The notes: generated from the sequence alone by a model not told the origin. A DNA stretch of 64,000 nt from Thermoplasmatota archaeon (GCA_965234725.1 CBDDUX010000010.1:1-64000), one strand, 5' to 3'. Positions 48,579 to 58,306 are shown, counted from the stretch's first letter. Numbers and translations are program-made.

Positions 48579-49177
48579 CTCCTCCACCTCCTGTAGATCA
48601 GGGTCACTACGGCCAGGACGGCTATTATCAGTCCGGGTCCGATGAAAGGAATTGTAGATACATCCTTATCCGCTTCTGAAATGGGGTCCTCATCGGTGGT
48701 CCTGTAATCCGATCCCGCATTACCTCCGGTTTTCAGGTCCACGAAACCAAGACCTTTCACTGTGATCTTGTCGTCTTTGAAGACAAGGAGTTCCACCCTG
48801 TATTTTCCATTCGAGGGAACCTCCAGACTGAGGGTCGCCTCATTGCTGGTCTGTCCCTTTATCTCAGTCTCTGTTGTCGACGAGTCATCCATTGCAATGT
48901 TTGTATCCTTATCCACGGCAAAGGCCCTGATGAAGGACCTGCAATCCTTATCGCCGTCATTGGTGATGAAGACGAACACATCCATCTTCGTCTTTCCAAG
49001 GCTCATTCCACTTTCAACGAAATATACCTCTTCGACCTCCAATCTGGCCGGGGTCGGTTCTTCCTTTATCAGATAATGATCGATAAGGGTCCAACCCAGA
49101 ACAGTTGATACAAATATCAGGATCAGGACCCCAATCAGTATTATGACCCTGGGGCCGTTCCACTCTATCTTAACCAT
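48575..49177 (-). CDS. Membrane-anchored Ig-like hypothetical protein with PGF-CTERM-like tail
   Basis: ATG 49177 after AGGAGGAG; N-terminal TM; IPFIG-TM-RRWRR tail. Confidence 0.75.
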   Translation of the reverse strand: MVKIEWNGPRVIILIGVLILIFVSTVLGWTLIDHYLIKEEPTPARLEVEEVYFVESGMSLGKTKMDVFVFITNDGDKDCRSFIRAFAVDKDTNIAMDDSSTTETEIKGQTSNEATLSLEVPSNGKYRVELLVFKDDKITVKGLGFVDLKTGGNAGSDYRTTDEDPISEADKDVSTIPFIGPGLIIAVLAVVTLIYRRWRR

Positions 49178-49305
49178 TCGATCTCCTCCTAAGAAGGGTA
49201 AGCTGGATTCGGGTACCCTGCGGTATCGATCCGATACGTTGAATAATACCCTTTCATGCACATACACTGTATCTGTGTATAAAAAGCAACATTGGAACAG
49301 CTTTT

Positions 49306-50043
49306 TTACAAAGCCTCTCCGGAAAGGATCCGGTCCCTCAGCCTCTTCTCATCGATTATCCTACCGGACCTCACATCTTCCATGTGTTCCTCTCTGAGGA
49401 AAAGATACTCCCTCAGAAGGTCCGGGTCCAGCTCTCCAAGCTCTCTCTCGATCCGCTCTCCTTCTTCCAATGCGGGCCTGCATTCTGGAGAACATGGAAC
49501 GAACCTTTCCACGAAGAAGGCCCTGGAATCCGGGTGATCCAACATATTTATCTGCTTCAATGCTTCCATGTCCTGATCGGTGGCGTTCATTAGATGCCTG
49601 ACAAACGAATCCACACAACATTTCGGAAAATCAAGGAATGCTCCCGTGAAATTGGCCATTGTTATCTGGCCGAGAATGAACTCCCTCTCGCCCATGGATT
49701 CGTCCATGTCCGGAATGGTTCCAGCCATCTCTGACCTTTTCGGACCGAAGAGGAATACCTTGTGGACCCTCTTCCCTGCCTTTCTGACAACCATCCCAAG
49801 GCCAATGCTCTTTGCAGCCAGATGAACCTGAAATATTTCGTTCTCATCCAAGGGATGGAACAAGGAGGATGGGCGGATCCCGCATGCGACCATGTGCAGG
49901 TTCTCCAGGAGCCTTGAAAGGGATAATTCACTCGCCCAGGGTCCGGAAAATAGTCTCTTCTTTATCTCATCTTCAGAACCTATCAGGTCAAGGGGCAGGT
50001 CTGCTGACCTATGGTACTCTCTGATACCCCACACGTCAACCAT
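49306..50043 (-). CDS. DUF483-like protein
   Basis: GAFLDFPKCCVDSF and FVPCSPEC..ALEEG motifs. Confidence 0.6.
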   Translation of the reverse strand: MVDVWGIREYHRSADLPLDLIGSEDEIKKRLFSGPWASELSLSRLLENLHMVACGIRPSSLFHPLDENEIFQVHLAAKSIGLGMVVRKAGKRVHKVFLFGPKRSEMAGTIPDMDESMGEREFILGQITMANFTGAFLDFPKCCVDSFVRHLMNATDQDMEALKQINMLDHPDSRAFFVERFVPCSPECRPALEEGERIERELGELDPDLLREYLFLREEHMEDVRSGRIIDEKRLRDRILSGEAL

Positions 50044-50067
50044 CGATACCGGATGTATGTGATGGTT

Positions 50068-51558
50068 CTAGTACCTTCGCCTGTATATAGCTGGATTAAG
50101 GAATATCAGGCAGGTGAAGATCTCCAATCTTCCGAACCACATCAGGATCGAAAGGATCACTTTTCCAGGATAGCTTATCGATGCATAGTTCGACGTTGGT
50201 CCAACCAAACCCAGACCGGGGCCAACATTGCCAAGCGTTGCAGCCACCGCAGATAGGCTGGATATGGCATCAAGGCCTGTAAGTGACATCAGGAACGAAC
50301 CCACAAGGAAAATGGCGATATAGGAGAATATGAACAGACCAACACCTCTGACTATCCTCTCGTTGAGGATCACATCTACCACTCTCAATGGCATCCTAGC
50401 TCTGGAATGTCCCAGTCTTTTGAGGCTTCTGCTGACGCCTTTGTATGCAATGATCAGCCTGGCTATCTTGATCCCGCCGCCGGTGGAACCTGTCATCCCT
50501 CCAATGAACATTGCGATCAGGATCAGGAACCTCGAAAAGGCCGGCCATGTGGAATAGTCCCCTGTTACATATCCGGTTGTTGTCTGTATGGATGTGATGG
50601 TGAATACCGCATTCCTAATGGATTCCGCAGGTGTGTAGATATTGTTCAGTATCAGGTCCGAAGAAACCATGAACCACAGTCCGCCCATTACAGCCAGATA
50701 TACACGGAACTCCGGGTCCTTCAGATAGCTCTTCACTCCCTTGATGACGAAGTTGTAATGGAGAACGAAGTTGACCCCGCCAACGAACATGAAGAAGGTG
50801 ATCACTGCTTCGATCAAGGGGGCCATCGGATAGTCCGCAAAATATGTGATGCTTGCCGTATGTGTTCCGTATCCCCCGGTGGATAAAGTGGTGAATGTAT
50901 GGCATGTGGCATCATAGAGGGACATGCCCAATAAGGTAAGCAAAAGGACCTCAACAATGGTCAATAAAACATAGATGCTCCATAATATCTTAGCAGTATC
51001 CTTTATCCTGTAGACCAGACGATCGTTCTTGTGGCCCGGGACCTCGCCCTTCATCAGCAATATCCCTGCTTTTGGTCCACTCAGTAGCATTGAGAAGAGG
51101 GCAACCATCAGGACAATGACTCCCAGACCTCCGAGCCACTGGGTAAATGCTCTCCAGAAGAGGATGGAATGCTCCAGGCCATCTATCTTCGTGATTACAG
51201 ATGCTCCTGTTGTGGTGAAGCCAGACATGGATTCAAAATAGGCATCGATGTAATTCGGAAGTGTATCCATCAGCACGAAGGGAAGGGCTCCGATACCAGC
51301 GATCAGAAGCCATGAAACGGCAACCACTCCGAGAGCTTCCGATGCCCTGAGATCAAGCTTCTTCCTGGGGCTCCAACCTCCGAAGGAGATCATGAAGAGC
51401 CCTAATGAGAATGAATAAAATGCAGGAAGGATAAAACTTCTGATTAGTGGGAAAATAGGTTCCCGGTATAGTAGTCCGACAATTAACGGAAGTGCAAAAA
51501 CTATGGAATAGGCAAGAAGAAGGATACCCACACCAGACACGGTTTGTTTGAATCTCAT
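50068..51558 (-). CDS. trkH: TrkH potassium uptake membrane protein
   Basis: FESMSGFTTTGAS, QWLGGLG, TLSTGGY, TTTGY, GGMTGSTGGGIK, LGNVGPG, GRLE. Confidence 0.95.
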   Translation of the reverse strand: MRFKQTVSGVGILLLAYSIVFALPLIVGLLYREPIFPLIRSFILPAFYSFSLGLFMISFGGWSPRKKLDLRASEALGVVAVSWLLIAGIGALPFVLMDTLPNYIDAYFESMSGFTTTGASVITKIDGLEHSILFWRAFTQWLGGLGVIVLMVALFSMLLSGPKAGILLMKGEVPGHKNDRLVYRIKDTAKILWSIYVLLTIVEVLLLTLLGMSLYDATCHTFTTLSTGGYGTHTASITYFADYPMAPLIEAVITFFMFVGGVNFVLHYNFVIKGVKSYLKDPEFRVYLAVMGGLWFMVSSDLILNNIYTPAESIRNAVFTITSIQTTTGYVTGDYSTWPAFSRFLILIAMFIGGMTGSTGGGIKIARLIIAYKGVSRSLKRLGHSRARMPLRVVDVILNERIVRGVGLFIFSYIAIFLVGSFLMSLTGLDAISSLSAVAATLGNVGPGLGLVGPTSNYASISYPGKVILSILMWFGRLEIFTCLIFLNPAIYRRRY

Positions 51559-51626
51559 TGGAACTAATGCCCCTTTGTAGACCGCTTTGATATGAATACC
51601 CTTTTAATATGAAAGTTGAACGGGGA

Positions 51627-53117
51627 TCAATTCTTGTATGAATCAGGCATGAACAACACGAAAGCTGTGAAAAGTTCGAGTCTTCCAATCCACATGAAGA
51701 AGCTCAGCAGGTACTTCCCGGGGATGCTTACTTCGGAGAAGTTCATGGCAGGTCCCAATAAATTGAGACCCGGTCCAACACCTCCCATGGTGGTAGCAAG
51801 GGCAGAAAGACTTGAGACCATGTCCAATCCTGTGAGTGTCATAAAAAAGGTCCCTACCAGGAATATGGAAAGGTAGCCGAAGACGAAAATCCCAACGGAC
51901 CTGACTATCCTCTCACTGAAAACAACTCCGCCAACACGAAGAGGTATCATTGACTTTGGATGACCTATTCCCCTCAATGTTCTCCTAACCGCCTTGTAAA
52001 CGATCATCAATCTGGCAGTTTTGATAGCTCCTGAGGTCGATCCCGTCATTCCACCCATCAGCATGAGGACCACCATGATGAACTGGGACAGCATTGGCCA
52101 CTGACCGAAATCCTCAGTAGCATATCCGGTCGTCGAGATAATGGATGTGACATTGAATATCGAGGCCCATAATGCCTGGGCAGGAGAGTATTCGGCCCTC
52201 ATGGTCCATGCCACATTAACTCCCACCACACACCAGAAGAACAGGAGCATGAACATGTAGACCTTGAATTCAGCGTCCTTGAAATAGGTCTTGATATTGC
52301 CTTTGAGAAAGTTATAATGAAGAACGAAATTGACAGAACCCAGTATCATGAAAACCACAAGGATGAGCTCTATGAGCGGAGCAGTGGGTAGGTCCTTGTA
52401 ATATGCTATACTGTCCGTGTGGGTTCCGAATCCTCCTGTTGAAAGGGTCGTGAATGTATGACAGATCGCATCGTATAATGTCATCCCCGCAAGTGTAAGG
52501 AGTACTATCTCGATCACAGTCAGTAAACCGTATATAATCCACAGCAGTTTTGCCGTATCCTTCAAACGTGGAACGACCTTGTCGTTCTTATGTCCAGGCA
52601 CCTCGCCTTTCATGAGCAGCATACCTGCTTTCGGACCTCCAAGCAATACCGAGAACACGGCCACCATCAATACTATGACCCCCAATCCACCGAGCCATTG
52701 GGTCAATGATCTCCAGAAGAGAATGGAATGTTCCAGACCATCTATCTCAGTGATTACAGAAGCGCCGGTCGTTGAAAAACCGGACATTGACTCGAAGAAA
52801 GCGTCCTCAAAAAGAGGCAATGTCCCCATCAATATGAAGGGGAGGGCACCGATGATGGGAATGACCAACCAGATCAGGGTCACTATCACCAGGGCCTCCA
52901 TGGGTCTCAGGTCCTCGGATAGTTTGTCCGCCCTCCCGGCCCATGATGTCAGGAGAACACCTAGTGAAAGACAGAGCAATCCTGGCAGTAAATAACTCTC
53001 CACCAGAAGAAGGACGCTCTCTTTGTACAACAATCCGACAATGAAAGGAAGGAGAAGACTGACAGGGAAGATGAGCATCACGGTACCCACACCTGATACT
53101 ATCAACTTGAGTTTCAT
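51627..53117 (-). CDS. trkH: TrkH potassium uptake membrane protein (tandem paralog)
   Basis: FESMSGFSTTGAS, TLSTGGF, STTGY, GSTSGAIK, MGGVGPG, GRLE. Confidence 0.95.
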   Translation of the reverse strand: MKLKLIVSGVGTVMLIFPVSLLLPFIVGLLYKESVLLLVESYLLPGLLCLSLGVLLTSWAGRADKLSEDLRPMEALVIVTLIWLVIPIIGALPFILMGTLPLFEDAFFESMSGFSTTGASVITEIDGLEHSILFWRSLTQWLGGLGVIVLMVAVFSVLLGGPKAGMLLMKGEVPGHKNDKVVPRLKDTAKLLWIIYGLLTVIEIVLLTLAGMTLYDAICHTFTTLSTGGFGTHTDSIAYYKDLPTAPLIELILVVFMILGSVNFVLHYNFLKGNIKTYFKDAEFKVYMFMLLFFWCVVGVNVAWTMRAEYSPAQALWASIFNVTSIISTTGYATEDFGQWPMLSQFIMVVLMLMGGMTGSTSGAIKTARLMIVYKAVRRTLRGIGHPKSMIPLRVGGVVFSERIVRSVGIFVFGYLSIFLVGTFFMTLTGLDMVSSLSALATTMGGVGPGLNLLGPAMNFSEVSIPGKYLLSFFMWIGRLELFTAFVLFMPDSYKN

Positions 53118-53224
53118 GGTCAAGCTTCCCTTGTCCGAAGACCTATCCAAGGAAGAGGATAGAATCTAATAAAATGTTGTCTGGAAATCGATAATTAGGT
53201 GATGATAAGTGGGTCTTTTTAGGA

Positions 53225-54214
53225 TCATAGGCTTTTGATATACGCTTCTGCCTCGGATATCCCATCCGAAAGGGATCCTTCATCCACTTCTAATGGGTAG
53301 TTATAGATAGGACCGGTGGGCCTCTCATTGTAGTAAGGTCTGTTGCAATCCGGGCATCCCCTTGTCCTGAAGGAATCGATTATATTGGGGATCGACCGAA
53401 TGAGATCGATCTTGATATCAGTCATCCTTCCTTCATCATCGAACATGAACGGATCGGCATTCCCCTGGAATACAATACAATGTCTCAGAAGCTGAAGTGC
53501 CCTATATCTTCCCAATGGTGGTGGTGTCCCCTTGAACACTGTCCCCCTCATGGGAGTATAGGAGAAAAGAGATGGAGAAACACCCGTTTCACAGGCCCTG
53601 ATCAATGTATCTGCAATATTCCTGTCGGTCTCTCCCATGCCCACTATGATGTGGGTTGAGACCTTCCCCTTTCCAAAGACCTCAACCGCAACGGCCATTG
53701 CTTCCCAAGTCCCTTCATATGAATGTGGATTGCCAACATAACTTCCCTTGACGATCTCAAAGACCTCAGGGGACCCCCCATCAATTGCAATTCCCACTCT
53801 TTCCACACCCGCCTCTTTCAGTAATTCCAATCTGTTTCTTCCGATTGGACCTACTGAGATTGAGATCGGTAATGGGGCTGCCTTCCTCAATTCCCTGACG
53901 ATACGGTCCAGATCACTCATCGCGGAAGGATCGTTCAGACACTGGATGCATATCCTTTCGAATTTAACTTTCCCAAATTCTTTCAGAGTAGCTAATACCC
54001 TGTCGAAGGAGAAAAGGGGCCATGTTACCCGGCTTAGGAGGTTGCCCGAGGAATCTGCCCCTTTAGCTTGAGTGCAAAATGCACAGTTGTTCAAACATTC
54101 TTCTCCAAGCATCAAATAGGCTGTTGTTGGGGGAGCTGGCATGTAACCATTCTTCAAACCCAGTGATATCGCAGTACCAAGTGACACCCTGATATCGGAG
54201 ATCTTCGTCTTCAA
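53225..54214 (-). CDS. Radical SAM protein, LipS2-type (archaeal two-component lipoyl synthase subunit)
   Basis: IRVSLGTA..LGL, PTTAYLM, CLNNCAFC, LSRVTWP, TRGCPDCNRPYYNERP. Confidence 0.75.
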   Translation of the reverse strand: MKTKISDIRVSLGTAISLGLKNGYMPAPPTTAYLMLGEECLNNCAFCTQAKGADSSGNLLSRVTWPLFSFDRVLATLKEFGKVKFERICIQCLNDPSAMSDLDRIVRELRKAAPLPISISVGPIGRNRLELLKEAGVERVGIAIDGGSPEVFEIVKGSYVGNPHSYEGTWEAMAVAVEVFGKGKVSTHIIVGMGETDRNIADTLIRACETGVSPSLFSYTPMRGTVFKGTPPPLGRYRALQLLRHCIVFQGNADPFMFDDEGRMTDIKIDLIRSIPNIIDSFRTRGCPDCNRPYYNERPTGPIYNYPLEVDEGSLSDGISEAEAYIKSL

Positions 54215-54370
54215 TGATCGCTCATCGGGACGATGCGATGTAAACCCTTCGCTTCAATCCATTATATTATGATTATCATAAGTTGAAAAAGGATTGAAAG
54301 AAAATAAATAGACATTGAATCGCTGGTCAATATGAGTGGTTCACCTCCCGGTTCATAAAGATGTGATCGA

Positions 54371-54973
54371 ATGGCAACCTTCAATTGTTATGACATTCTC
54401 GGTATTCCTCTGAATTCCACACCTGATGATATTAAGAAGTCCTATAGGAAGCTGGCCACACAGTATCATCCTGACAAGGTTTCAGCACTGCCTCCGAAGC
54501 TCAAAGAGGTCGCCCATGAGGAGATGAGAAGGATCAACACCGCAAAGGAGACACTTCTGGATGCGGAGAAGAGATCGAAGCATGATAAGGAGTTGCAAAC
54601 TCCGAAGACCACTCAGTGTGCACCATCAAAAGCACCTGTAACCAATAACGGTGGAAGGGCCCCTTACACATTCGCCTGCCCTCACTGTTCCTCAAGGGTT
54701 TCTGCCATTCCCATAGATCGACCATACATCCTCACTTGTCCATCATGCAGGGGGCAGATGACGATACCAAAAGCACCAGACAACAATCCGGTGAACAAGA
54801 CCCCTGCTCTTGATAAGTTGAATGTATACAAGGAGGCTCTAAGACGGGCTTTAGTAGATGGGGTCATTACAAGAGATGAGAACCATATTCTGGATGGTCT
54901 TAGGGAGGCTCTGGGGATAACTCCGATGGAACATCACAACATCCTTTTCGGTTTGCAGAACGGAAGGATCTAA
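54371..54973 (+). CDS. J-domain protein with zinc ribbon and C-terminal TerB-like helical module
   Basis: YDILG...IKKSYRKLA.QYHPDK; CPHC...RP...CPSC; YKEALRRALVDGVIT.DE..IL..LR..LGI...EH. Confidence 0.85.
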   Translation: MATFNCYDILGIPLNSTPDDIKKSYRKLATQYHPDKVSALPPKLKEVAHEEMRRINTAKETLLDAEKRSKHDKELQTPKTTQCAPSKAPVTNNGGRAPYTFACPHCSSRVSAIPIDRPYILTCPSCRGQMTIPKAPDNNPVNKTPALDKLNVYKEALRRALVDGVITRDENHILDGLREALGITPMEHHNILFGLQNGRI

Positions 54974-55530
54974 AGATCTGTTGAGGCCACCTTTTCAAGG
55001 ACTGCCAGCTCAAGATATTCTTCTTCAATTCGGTTCTCTATCCCAAGAACGTTCCTGATATCGGGACCACCCCATACCATTGGATCATCTGGATCAAGGG
55101 GTTCAAGTCCTTCAATACGGGGACCTCCCCATCTTTCAACAATAACTTCAGGGTAAGAGGGGGGTGATCGGGTATCGAAAGCCTCTTTTGGTATTGTCAT
55201 CAGGAGCAGGTAGGACCCTGGTTCACCATGAGCCGAGACCTCCAATGCCTTATGGACCTGCTTGGAACCTGTCAACCACCTCAGGACCTCGATGGATTGC
55301 ACATTTGCCCTGGCAGTGCGATCGATCCATGCCTTCGAGGCATGGTAGAATGCTGATGAGATGTGGTTTGGACCATGTATAAAACTTGAGGATGCAATTA
55401 CAAAAATAGGATCTTCTTTGAGGATCTCTGACACAGCATTTAACCAGGAGTTCAGATCTCCTGATATTAGCCTGAAAGGATGGACAGATACGATCTGTCC
55501 AGGCAGACCGGGATCACTTCTTGACCGCAT
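54970..55530 (-). CDS. cgi121: KEOPS complex subunit Cgi121 (divergent)
   Basis: G..HI.SA..HA.KAW....ARAN....EVLRWLTG.KQV.KALE...LELAVLEKVA. Confidence 0.7.
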   Translation of the reverse strand: MRSRSDPGLPGQIVSVHPFRLISGDLNSWLNAVSEILKEDPIFVIASSSFIHGPNHISSAFYHASKAWIDRTARANVQSIEVLRWLTGSKQVHKALEVSAHGEPGSYLLLMTIPKEAFDTRSPPSYPEVIVERWGGPRIEGLEPLDPDDPMVWGGPDIRNVLGIENRIEEEYLELAVLEKVASTDL

Positions 55531-56764
55531 TGCATATCCTCTCGGCGGTCTCCCTGTCGATACCGTCTATCATTGTGAGATCATCAATTTCAGCTTCCTT
55601 TAGCTCTTCAATGGTAAGATATCCTGATGAACTGAGCTTCTCCTGGACTTCAAGGGGGATATTTCTCAATTTGAATGGGCCATCCATTCCCGTATCATCC
55701 TCCTTCAAGGGTTCTTCTTGAACAGGGACATCCGGAGATGGTTCAGGGGTAGCCTCGAGGTCTTCTTTAACACCCTCCTCGATAACCTTAGGTTCATCAG
55801 GAGAAGGCTCTTCCTCTTTCTTTGTCCCGAAGATCTTTTCTTTCCATGTCTGGAAGAATCCTTTCTTCTCTTCAGGTGGTGTTGTGTCCTCTGCTACTTT
55901 CTCTGTTTCAGAGACATTATCCTCATCCTCCGGAGCAGGAGCCGGTTCTTCAGACCCATCTACAGGTTCCTCGGTGATTGTCTCCTTCTCGGTGGAAATC
56001 TCTTCCACGGGTGTTTCCATTGTTCCAATTTCAGCAGGAACAGCGGCCAGATCTTCCGGGGTCACCATCTTTTCATCTGTTTTGGGTTCATCCGGAGCAG
56101 GAATCTTTGTTTCCTCTGAACCGTCCTCAGCTAGATTCTCGTTTTTTTTTCCAACAAAGAGGGCTTTGATGCCCTCAATTAGCTTCTCAAAGAAACCTTT
56201 CTCCTTGTCACCAGGGGCTGTTTCTTCTCCGGAATCCTTATCCTCTTCCACGGGAAGACCGGTTGCTTCCTCGATATCCTGTTCTCTGATCCCGTACTTC
56301 TCTCTGGCCTCGTTCACCTTCTCGATGATCGCAATGGACAGCTTTGGCCCGATGCCCTTCAGTTCCTGCAGCGTTTCGGCTTCCAGGTCCTTGAACTTCT
56401 CAAAGGTGTTGTAACCGTTCTCCATGAGTGTGTCTATCACACCATCAGAGACCCTAGGTATCGATGAAAGGACATCCTTGAGAGTGGGTACGTTAAGGGT
56501 CTTTCTAAGATCCTCCTTCTTCTGTTTGGCTGCTTCTAAAAGGGTCCCGGCAGTCTTCACTCCCACGCCTTTGAAGCTTCGGAAATATTGTTCATCTCCG
56601 TTCACCAGAGCAGCCCAGTTATCAAGCCCTCCCTCATACATTGCCTCGGCAAGTGATGCTCTCATTTGGCCTGCGGAAGAGAGGAAACCGACCATCTCCT
56701 CCTTCTCGATCTTGTTTTTCGGGATTTCCATCGGTGGTTCTCCGGTTTCCTCGGGGTTGACCAT
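55514..56764 (-). CDS. Multi-HhH protein with acidic linkers and two amphipathic KGFF motifs
   Basis: Three (HhH)2-type modules (FKGVGVKTA, LKGIGPKLS, IDGIDRETA); KGFFEKLIEGIKALF and KKGFFQTWKEKIFG. Confidence 0.7.
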   Translation of the reverse strand: MVNPEETGEPPMEIPKNKIEKEEMVGFLSSAGQMRASLAEAMYEGGLDNWAALVNGDEQYFRSFKGVGVKTAGTLLEAAKQKKEDLRKTLNVPTLKDVLSSIPRVSDGVIDTLMENGYNTFEKFKDLEAETLQELKGIGPKLSIAIIEKVNEAREKYGIREQDIEEATGLPVEEDKDSGEETAPGDKEKGFFEKLIEGIKALFVGKKNENLAEDGSEETKIPAPDEPKTDEKMVTPEDLAAVPAEIGTMETPVEEISTEKETITEEPVDGSEEPAPAPEDEDNVSETEKVAEDTTPPEEKKGFFQTWKEKIFGTKKEEEPSPDEPKVIEEGVKEDLEATPEPSPDVPVQEEPLKEDDTGMDGPFKLRNIPLEVQEKLSSSGYLTIEELKEAEIDDLTMIDGIDRETAERICNAVKK

Positions 56765-56865
56765 GATCTCACCTCATCAGTAGAGGAACCCTGTAAAAGG
56801 GTTCGATGCGGTAGGATAAGAGGATACCGTATAATACCATTTTGTAAGAAGGGAATAAATCAAGA

Positions 56866-57291
56866 TTATCTTAGGCCCTCGATAACCTTCATGGCCCTTT
56901 CAAAAGAAGCCGGGTATGCCGCCACCTTCAAACGGATCTGGATCGATTCACCTTTCTTCCAGAGGACGGGATCCTGATGGAAAGCTGAATCCTTATCCAC
57001 CCGGACATGGAAGACCAGACTTTCATCCATCCTCTTATCAGTTTCTTTCAAAGCCTCTCTCCAAAAAGGCAGATTTTTCCAGAGGGAGAGGATATTCTCG
57101 ATCTCCCGTTCCCTCTTCACCCTTGCAGTTATCACTGTTATCGGATTATGGTGAACACCCAGAGTTTCGGACCTCTCAATATCATCTATTTCCCGTCCCA
57201 AGAGATTGAAGACGGATGTCATTACCTTGGCCTCATCCTCTGTTGCCTGGATGAAAGCCTCTAAACTCAGTTCATGGAACTTCTTTACCAC
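56866..57291 (-). CDS. Predicted RNA-binding protein (COG1325/DUF54-like)
   Basis: QATEDE.KV, GVHHNPI, RMD...VFHVRVDK..A, LKVAAYPA. Confidence 0.8.
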   Translation of the reverse strand: MVKKFHELSLEAFIQATEDEAKVMTSVFNLLGREIDDIERSETLGVHHNPITVITARVKREREIENILSLWKNLPFWREALKETDKRMDESLVFHVRVDKDSAFHQDPVLWKKGESIQIRLKVAAYPASFERAMKVIEGLR

Positions 57292-57342
57292 GATCAGGTA
57301 AAGGTGATATCACTTGAAAACATTGTCTGTCGGGGAATCGGA

Positions 57343-58068
57343 ATGACCGTACCTAAGAGCCATCCAAGATACCTGTCGCTTACGACGAGGGACATGCTGG
57401 TCGAGGGCTGGGAGAAGGGACTTGTGGCTACCCAGGGATTGATAGCACATGGGAGAGGTGAGGCGTTCGATTATCTTATGGGGGAAAGGACCACCGAGGA
57501 AGCAGAGGAAGCCATCACCGAGGCAGCATTGATGCTTCTTTCGGCATCTCATCCGGTGATCTCCGTGAACGGCAATGTCGGTGCTCTGTCGGCTCCTGAT
57601 GTCAAAATCCTGTCAGATGTACTCCAATGTTCGGTTGAGGTGAACATCTTTCACAGGACCGGAGACAGGATCGAAAAGCTTGTTTCCCACCTTGAAGGGT
57701 ATGGGATCAAAAATGTCCTTGGAAAGGAACCGGATGCAGTCATACCGGGATTGGACCACGCAAGGTCCATGTGCTGCAAACAGGGGATCTTCAAAGCTGA
57801 TGTGGTCCTGGTCCCCCTTGAGGACGGTGACAGATGCCAGGCTCTGCGGACCATGGGGAAGAAGGTCATCACAATAGACCTCAATCCACTATCAAGGACC
57901 GCAAGGACCGCAAATATCACCATTGTGGACAATATCATCAGGGCCCTCCCCGCACTATCGAAGAGGATCGAAGAGGTTCGTGGTGATGACCTAAGAGAAG
58001 GGAGGAAACCTTTCGATAACATCCGGAATCTCCAGAGATCTTTGAGACGGATATCCGAAAGGTTCTGA
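57343..58068 (+). CDS. Archaeal phosphopantothenate synthetase (4-phosphopantoate-beta-alanine ligase)
   Basis: PKSHPRYLSL.TR, GLIAHGRGEAFDY, PVISVNGN, ADVVLVPLEDGDR, IDLNPLSRT. Confidence 0.93.
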   Translation: MTVPKSHPRYLSLTTRDMLVEGWEKGLVATQGLIAHGRGEAFDYLMGERTTEEAEEAITEAALMLLSASHPVISVNGNVGALSAPDVKILSDVLQCSVEVNIFHRTGDRIEKLVSHLEGYGIKNVLGKEPDAVIPGLDHARSMCCKQGIFKADVVLVPLEDGDRCQALRTMGKKVITIDLNPLSRTARTANITIVDNIIRALPALSKRIEEVRGDDLREGRKPFDNIRNLQRSLRRISERF

Positions 58069-58137
58069 TCACAATCGGAAAAAATATCTATCAAAGCCCG
58101 GATACAAGAACGACCCATTGGGTCCTGAGGGAGTAAA

Positions 58138-58299
58138 ATGGATAAATACAGATGCATAGCGTGTGGATATATATACGATCCAGAAAAGGGCGATGATGAC
58201 GGCGGCATTGATGCCGGAACCGCTTTCGGTGACCTTCCAGATGATTGGGTCTGTCCTGTCTGCGGTGTAGGAAAGGACATGTTCGAAAAGGTGGAGTGA
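58138..58299 (+). CDS. Rubredoxin (not in the ORF track)
   Basis: [62 protein letters not shown]. Confidence 0.95.
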   Translation: MDKYRCIACGYIYDPEKGDDDGGIDAGTAFGDLPDDWVCPVCGVGKDMFEKVE

Positions 58300-58306
58300 G
58301 AGGCAA

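Noticed and set aside
53225-54214. Biotin synthase BioB call
   Set aside because: Lacks BioB motifs such as YNHNL; carries the LipS2-type GCPxCNRP motif instead
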